Origin: Salpingoeca rosetta
Lineage: Eukaryota > Protista > Choanoflagellata
Assembly (NCBI GenBank): GCA_033442325.1
Contig: JAWQFM010000036.1
Location: forward strand, 222,841 to 237,885
Length of the DNA stretch: 15,045 bases
Direction: 5' to 3'
A program made the translations under genes and the position numbers. The first letter of the stretch is position 1. Each line of letters starts with the position of its first letter. Shown here piece by piece: positions 11,157 through 15,045 of this stretch. A model generated the notes under the pieces. That model saw only the letters and a program-made list of their open reading frames with translations, did no database searches and was not told where the DNA came from.

Positions 11157-14100
11157 GTTCCTGCCAGTGCCGTCGTTTCAGCGAGTGCAGCGATGGATGT
11201 AAGTCGGTCTTCAACTGGCTGTGTTTCATGCGTGCATGCATGCACATACGCTGAGAGCATTGGCGAGCGCATGCAAGGGATGGCTGGCCGCTTAGCTCCG
11301 CGTGCCCCCCTTCCGCTCCCCCCACACATCGTGCTCACAACTGAATGAACTTCCCTGTCCACCCCACATTGGCATTATCATCATCATCTAGCTTGCCTTG
11401 GCATCAACCGCTGCACCGACAGCACCGGCACCGGCTGCAAGGCCATCGCCAACTGCACCCAGACCGTCTTTGAGACCACATTCGAGGTGCGATTGTCGCG
11501 GACAGTCACCGCGCTGTGTTGCTTCACAAGGCCTCACCTTACGTGCGTTGGTTGGTGTGGGACAAGTCATAACCCTTTCCTTCCCAATGTCTCACCACTT
11601 TTCCGTGATTGTGTGCCCGATGTCCCATTCCATCTCCTCAGGTTGTCGTTGACTGCCGCGAGCCGCTTGATGAGCGCGATGAGGCCGGTATCGACTTCTT
11701 TGGCATGCGCTGGAAGCAGGCCCTCGCTGAGGACTGCAGCATTGGACGCGTGAGTTGCTCACGCGCCTGTGTCTATGTTGTGTGATTGTGTTGAGTTTGT
11801 GTGTACGCGTCTGCGTGTGTGCTTTGGTGTGTGCAGTTGTTTTCCGTATCAATACTGATCGCTCGCTTGGTCGTTACCACCTTTGTTTGCGTCCTCCCTT
11901 CATTGTCATTGCCTCACACACTCATCCCCCTTTGCGCCTCTTTCATATCCACAGGTGTGCCGCTACAATGGCGACAGCGCAGCCACGATTGAGGTCATCA
12001 ACAGCACCACCTTCCGCACCACCACCCTCAACCCAGCGCACGTGGACCACCTCACCTTCTGCGCACAGACGCAAACCTTCAAGTTCAACCGCTGTGAAGT
12101 CCTGAGCGTGCGCTTGATCCCAGACACAACAACAACGACAACAACCACAACGACGACCACTACTACTACCACCACCACGACCACGACGACAACCACCACA
12201 ACTACAACGACAACGACGACCACGACCACAACAACTACGACAACCACCCTCCCACCCTGCTCCTACAACTGTGAGGACGAGTTTGACAACTGCGTCGGCG
12301 TGGTAAGACAGCCAACAGTGTGCCGTTGTTTGCGTGTCTACCTATGTATGCGGGCATGAATGTTGTGTGTTTGCTGCGTGGCGTAGCTTGCTCGCCTGCA
12401 TGCACCTGTTGCCCATTGGCCTCGAACCACAACGCTCATTTGGCGCCTCGCTCACTCCGCCTTCTCACCACCACCACCACCACGCCCACTTTAACGCCAA
12501 CAGGCCATGTTCAGCGCCAACGTTCGCGACACCTTCACGGACTGCGTTGCGGCCACGGATCACTACAGCATCTCAAACCTGATTGACTTTGGCATCTGCG
12601 TTGGCGAGTGCGACGAAATCTCAAGCTCAAGCAACCTCACCCAGATGCAGGCCGTGCTCGAGTGCTAGTGAGTTGGCTGTGGTGCTGCGTGCGCGTGCAT
12701 TCGCGTTGCTGCTGCCTGATTGCACACAAACCACTTTGTTGTGCCGTGTTCACTCGCTTCATGTGCTCGCGTGTGCTTCGCCGCGAACCTGCTTCCGGCA
12801 TCGCCCTCCCACACCATCTTACCCACACATGCATGCACGCCACCAACAGCGTGAACTGCGCCAACGACACGGCGGACATTGGCTGCGAGGTGACCACCAC
12901 CACTACGACAACCACGACCACAACCACCCTTCCCTACGACTTGCTGGATGAAGTCAGCGACTACGCCACATTTGTCTCCAACCAGGTGTGTCACTCTCGC
13001 TGTGATTGCGCCCAGGCAAACGTGTTACGGTGCATTGCAGTCTATGTGCATGTCTGTGCATGATGTGCATTCGTGCTCTGTTGTGTGTGACGCTTATTCC
13101 CGCTGTTGTCCCCCACTCACTACTCACCATCACATACTCACGTACCCGTCATGTACTCCCCTTCATTCTCACCTTGTCCGTGGTTAGACGCGCGCTGGCT
13201 GCACGCGTTCCGTGTTGTCGACCAACGGCTACTACCTCCTCTCTGGCGCAGCTTCTGGCGTGCAGCAAGCCGAGTGTGACCGCGGTGGCGGCTGCAGCTG
13301 CTTCCACTTTGAGGAATGCAACGACCCCGAGGGTGAGTGCCAACTTGCCTTGCTGTTGCTGCAGATAGTGCTGATTGACACTCTTCTGTACTTGCGTACG
13401 TGATGTGTGTTCAAGTAACTGCTTGCAAGCAAAGTAACTCGCCCACTAATGTCGTTGCTGCAGTTGTTTTGCTGATCACTCAATCACTCACAAACATGGC
13501 TTTCGCATCTACCATGTACATCCTGTTTCGGATGTGTCACAATGCAGGCATGACATGCATGGAGGTGTACGAGTGCGAGACCAAGAGCGGCAGCGCCGAC
13601 AGCTGCTACACCTTTGACGAGTGCGTGGAGGATGACTTCCACATTGAGGCCATCATGGCAGTGTCGTGCAACGATAGCCAGCTGCTGGAGACCTTCAACA
13701 ACACCATGCTGGACGACTTTGCTGCCGACCTCAAGGCATCGCTTATCGAGGACTGCAGCGACCTTCCTCTGGTGCGTTTGTGATTGTGAGAACGGCTGTT
13801 GTTGCGCTTTTGCGCTGCTGTGTGGCACCAATGCTGGCTTGCTTGGTGCATGGTGTTGCTTTCGCTACATTGAACTGACGTTGTTTTCCCTTGCTTCCTG
13901 TTACGTCCACCACCCAACGCACGCGTGTACAGCAATGCCATGTCAAGTCTGATGATTACACGGACATTGAGGTTCTGGACAACAGCACCTTTGTCATCGG
14001 CGTCTACAAGCCAAACGTGAGTTGAGCTTGCCTTAATGTGATGTGGGCTGAGATCTTTGTCGTTTGTGGCATGGTATTTGCACTGTACAACCGTTCCACG

Positions 14101-14856
14101 AGCCTCCTACAGCTCACGAACACATGCTCACGAACACACACACACACACGCACACACTACCACTACCACACTGGCAAACACGAACAGGACATTGCCCGCC
14201 TTTCGAGCTGCGCGGAGCTGAGCTCCTTCACCTTCCACGGTTGCACCGTCGAGCTGGTGGAGCGATATGATGCGGAGGCGCAGGTCATTGTGACGCAGCG
14301 GTTTGTGGTGACGGGCGTCAACGAGTCCCAGGTCAACACCACCGCCATCAAGCAGCGGCTGTTGGCCAAGCTGCCGCAGTTCACTGCCGACCAGATTGAG
14401 GTGCGCATTGAACGGATCAGCCGTCGTGCAACGAACGATGGCTTCATTGTTGTCATCGAGTACACCGCCGATGACGAGGATGCTGAGGAGGTGGTGAACA
14501 CCGCCAACGAGGTGGCAAACAACGGCACCCTCACTGAGGCGATCGAGGAAGACACGGGCGAAATGGTGGATACGATGCAGGAAGGCGATGTCATGATTGA
14601 CTTGGTCACCACTACCACTACGACGACTACTACTACTACTACCACAACAACGACGACGACTACCACAACGACAACTACGACTACGACAACTACGACTACG
14701 ACAACTACGACTACGACAACCACGACTACGACAACTACGACTACGACAACCACCACAACGACAACTACGACTACGACAACCACCACAACGACTACGACGA
14801 CTACGACTACGACAACAACAACAACTACTACCACCACTACTACTACTACGACGACA

Positions 14857-14894
<38 letters not shown>

Positions 14895-15045
14895 CACTAC
14901 CACCACTACCACAACCACAACCACAACCACCACTACTACGACTACTACGACGACGACTACCACCACTACCACAACCACTACGACGACGACGACTACTACG
15001 ACTACACCACACTACAACGACACTACCACTACAACGACGACCACA
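10325..15045 (+). CDS. Secreted/cell-surface mucin-like glycoprotein with duplicated Cys-rich domain, SEA-like domain and poly-Thr tracts; 3'-truncated (>=817 aa)
   Basis: 13 phase-consistent GT-AG exons: 10325-10420, 10593-10643, 10879-10975, 11154-11198, 11392-11486, 11642-11749, 11955-12302, 12504-12667, 12850-12985, 13188-13332, 13548-13771, 13933-14016, 14188->15045. No in-frame stop. Exon 1 is a signal peptide (MPRATNTRAAWLSACVLLFTLVASWQQPIVNA). Many N-X-S/T sequons. The internal duplication independently supports the exon joins. Confidence 0.88.
12126..12248 (+). repeat. Coding poly-Thr tract (41 Thr, mixed ACN codons)
   Basis: In frame within exon 11955-12302; a second 12-Thr tract lies at 12893-12928. 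Confidence 0.93.
14608..15045 (+). repeat. Coding poly-Thr tract (133 uninterrupted Thr, then PHYND, then Thr to window end)
   Basis: ACN codons in frame with exon 14188; includes tandem 15-nt units ACAACTACGACTACG from ~14671. Confidence 0.93.

Noticed and set aside
14128-15012. Minus-strand poly-Val and Ser/Arg/Cys-rich ORFs (also 11963-12247)
   Set aside because: Reverse complement of the poly-Thr tracts; the plus frame is tied to a signal-peptide-bearing spliced gene.
10325-15045. Identification of the mucin-like gene as rosetteless
   Set aside because: No C-type lectin-like domain follows the signal peptide; only the general architecture is analogous.

Overview
Eukaryotic, intron-rich, microsatellite-dense DNA. 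Short GT-AG introns full of (CA)n/(TG)n and GC-rich codons fit a choanoflagellate such as Salpingoeca rosetta; this is inferred from sequence style, not verified. Most ORF-track entries are microsatellite or antisense shadows. Manual splicing gives five genes: (1) the 3' end of an EMAP-II/AIMP1-type tRNA-binding OB-fold gene (+, 21-1084); (2) a 3-exon, ~97-aa basic protein with a mitochondrial-presequence-like N-terminus (+, 1723-2391); (3) a complete 3-exon 14-kDa phosphohistidine phosphatase, PHPT1/Janus-Ocnus family (-, 4082-3108); (4) a ~758-aa polyQ/His-rich putative transcription factor with NLS, an apparently split Myb/SANT-like (trihelix-like) domain and a C-terminal coiled coil (+, 5271-8006); (5) a 13-exon, 3'-truncated secreted mucin-like glycoprotein (+, 10325 to >15045). 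Gene 5 is the most interesting: two copies of an unrecognised 14-cysteine domain with shared intron positions, a 9-Cys CxxxC module, an SEA-like domain with an RISRR site, and pure poly-Thr tracts of 41, 12 and 133 residues.
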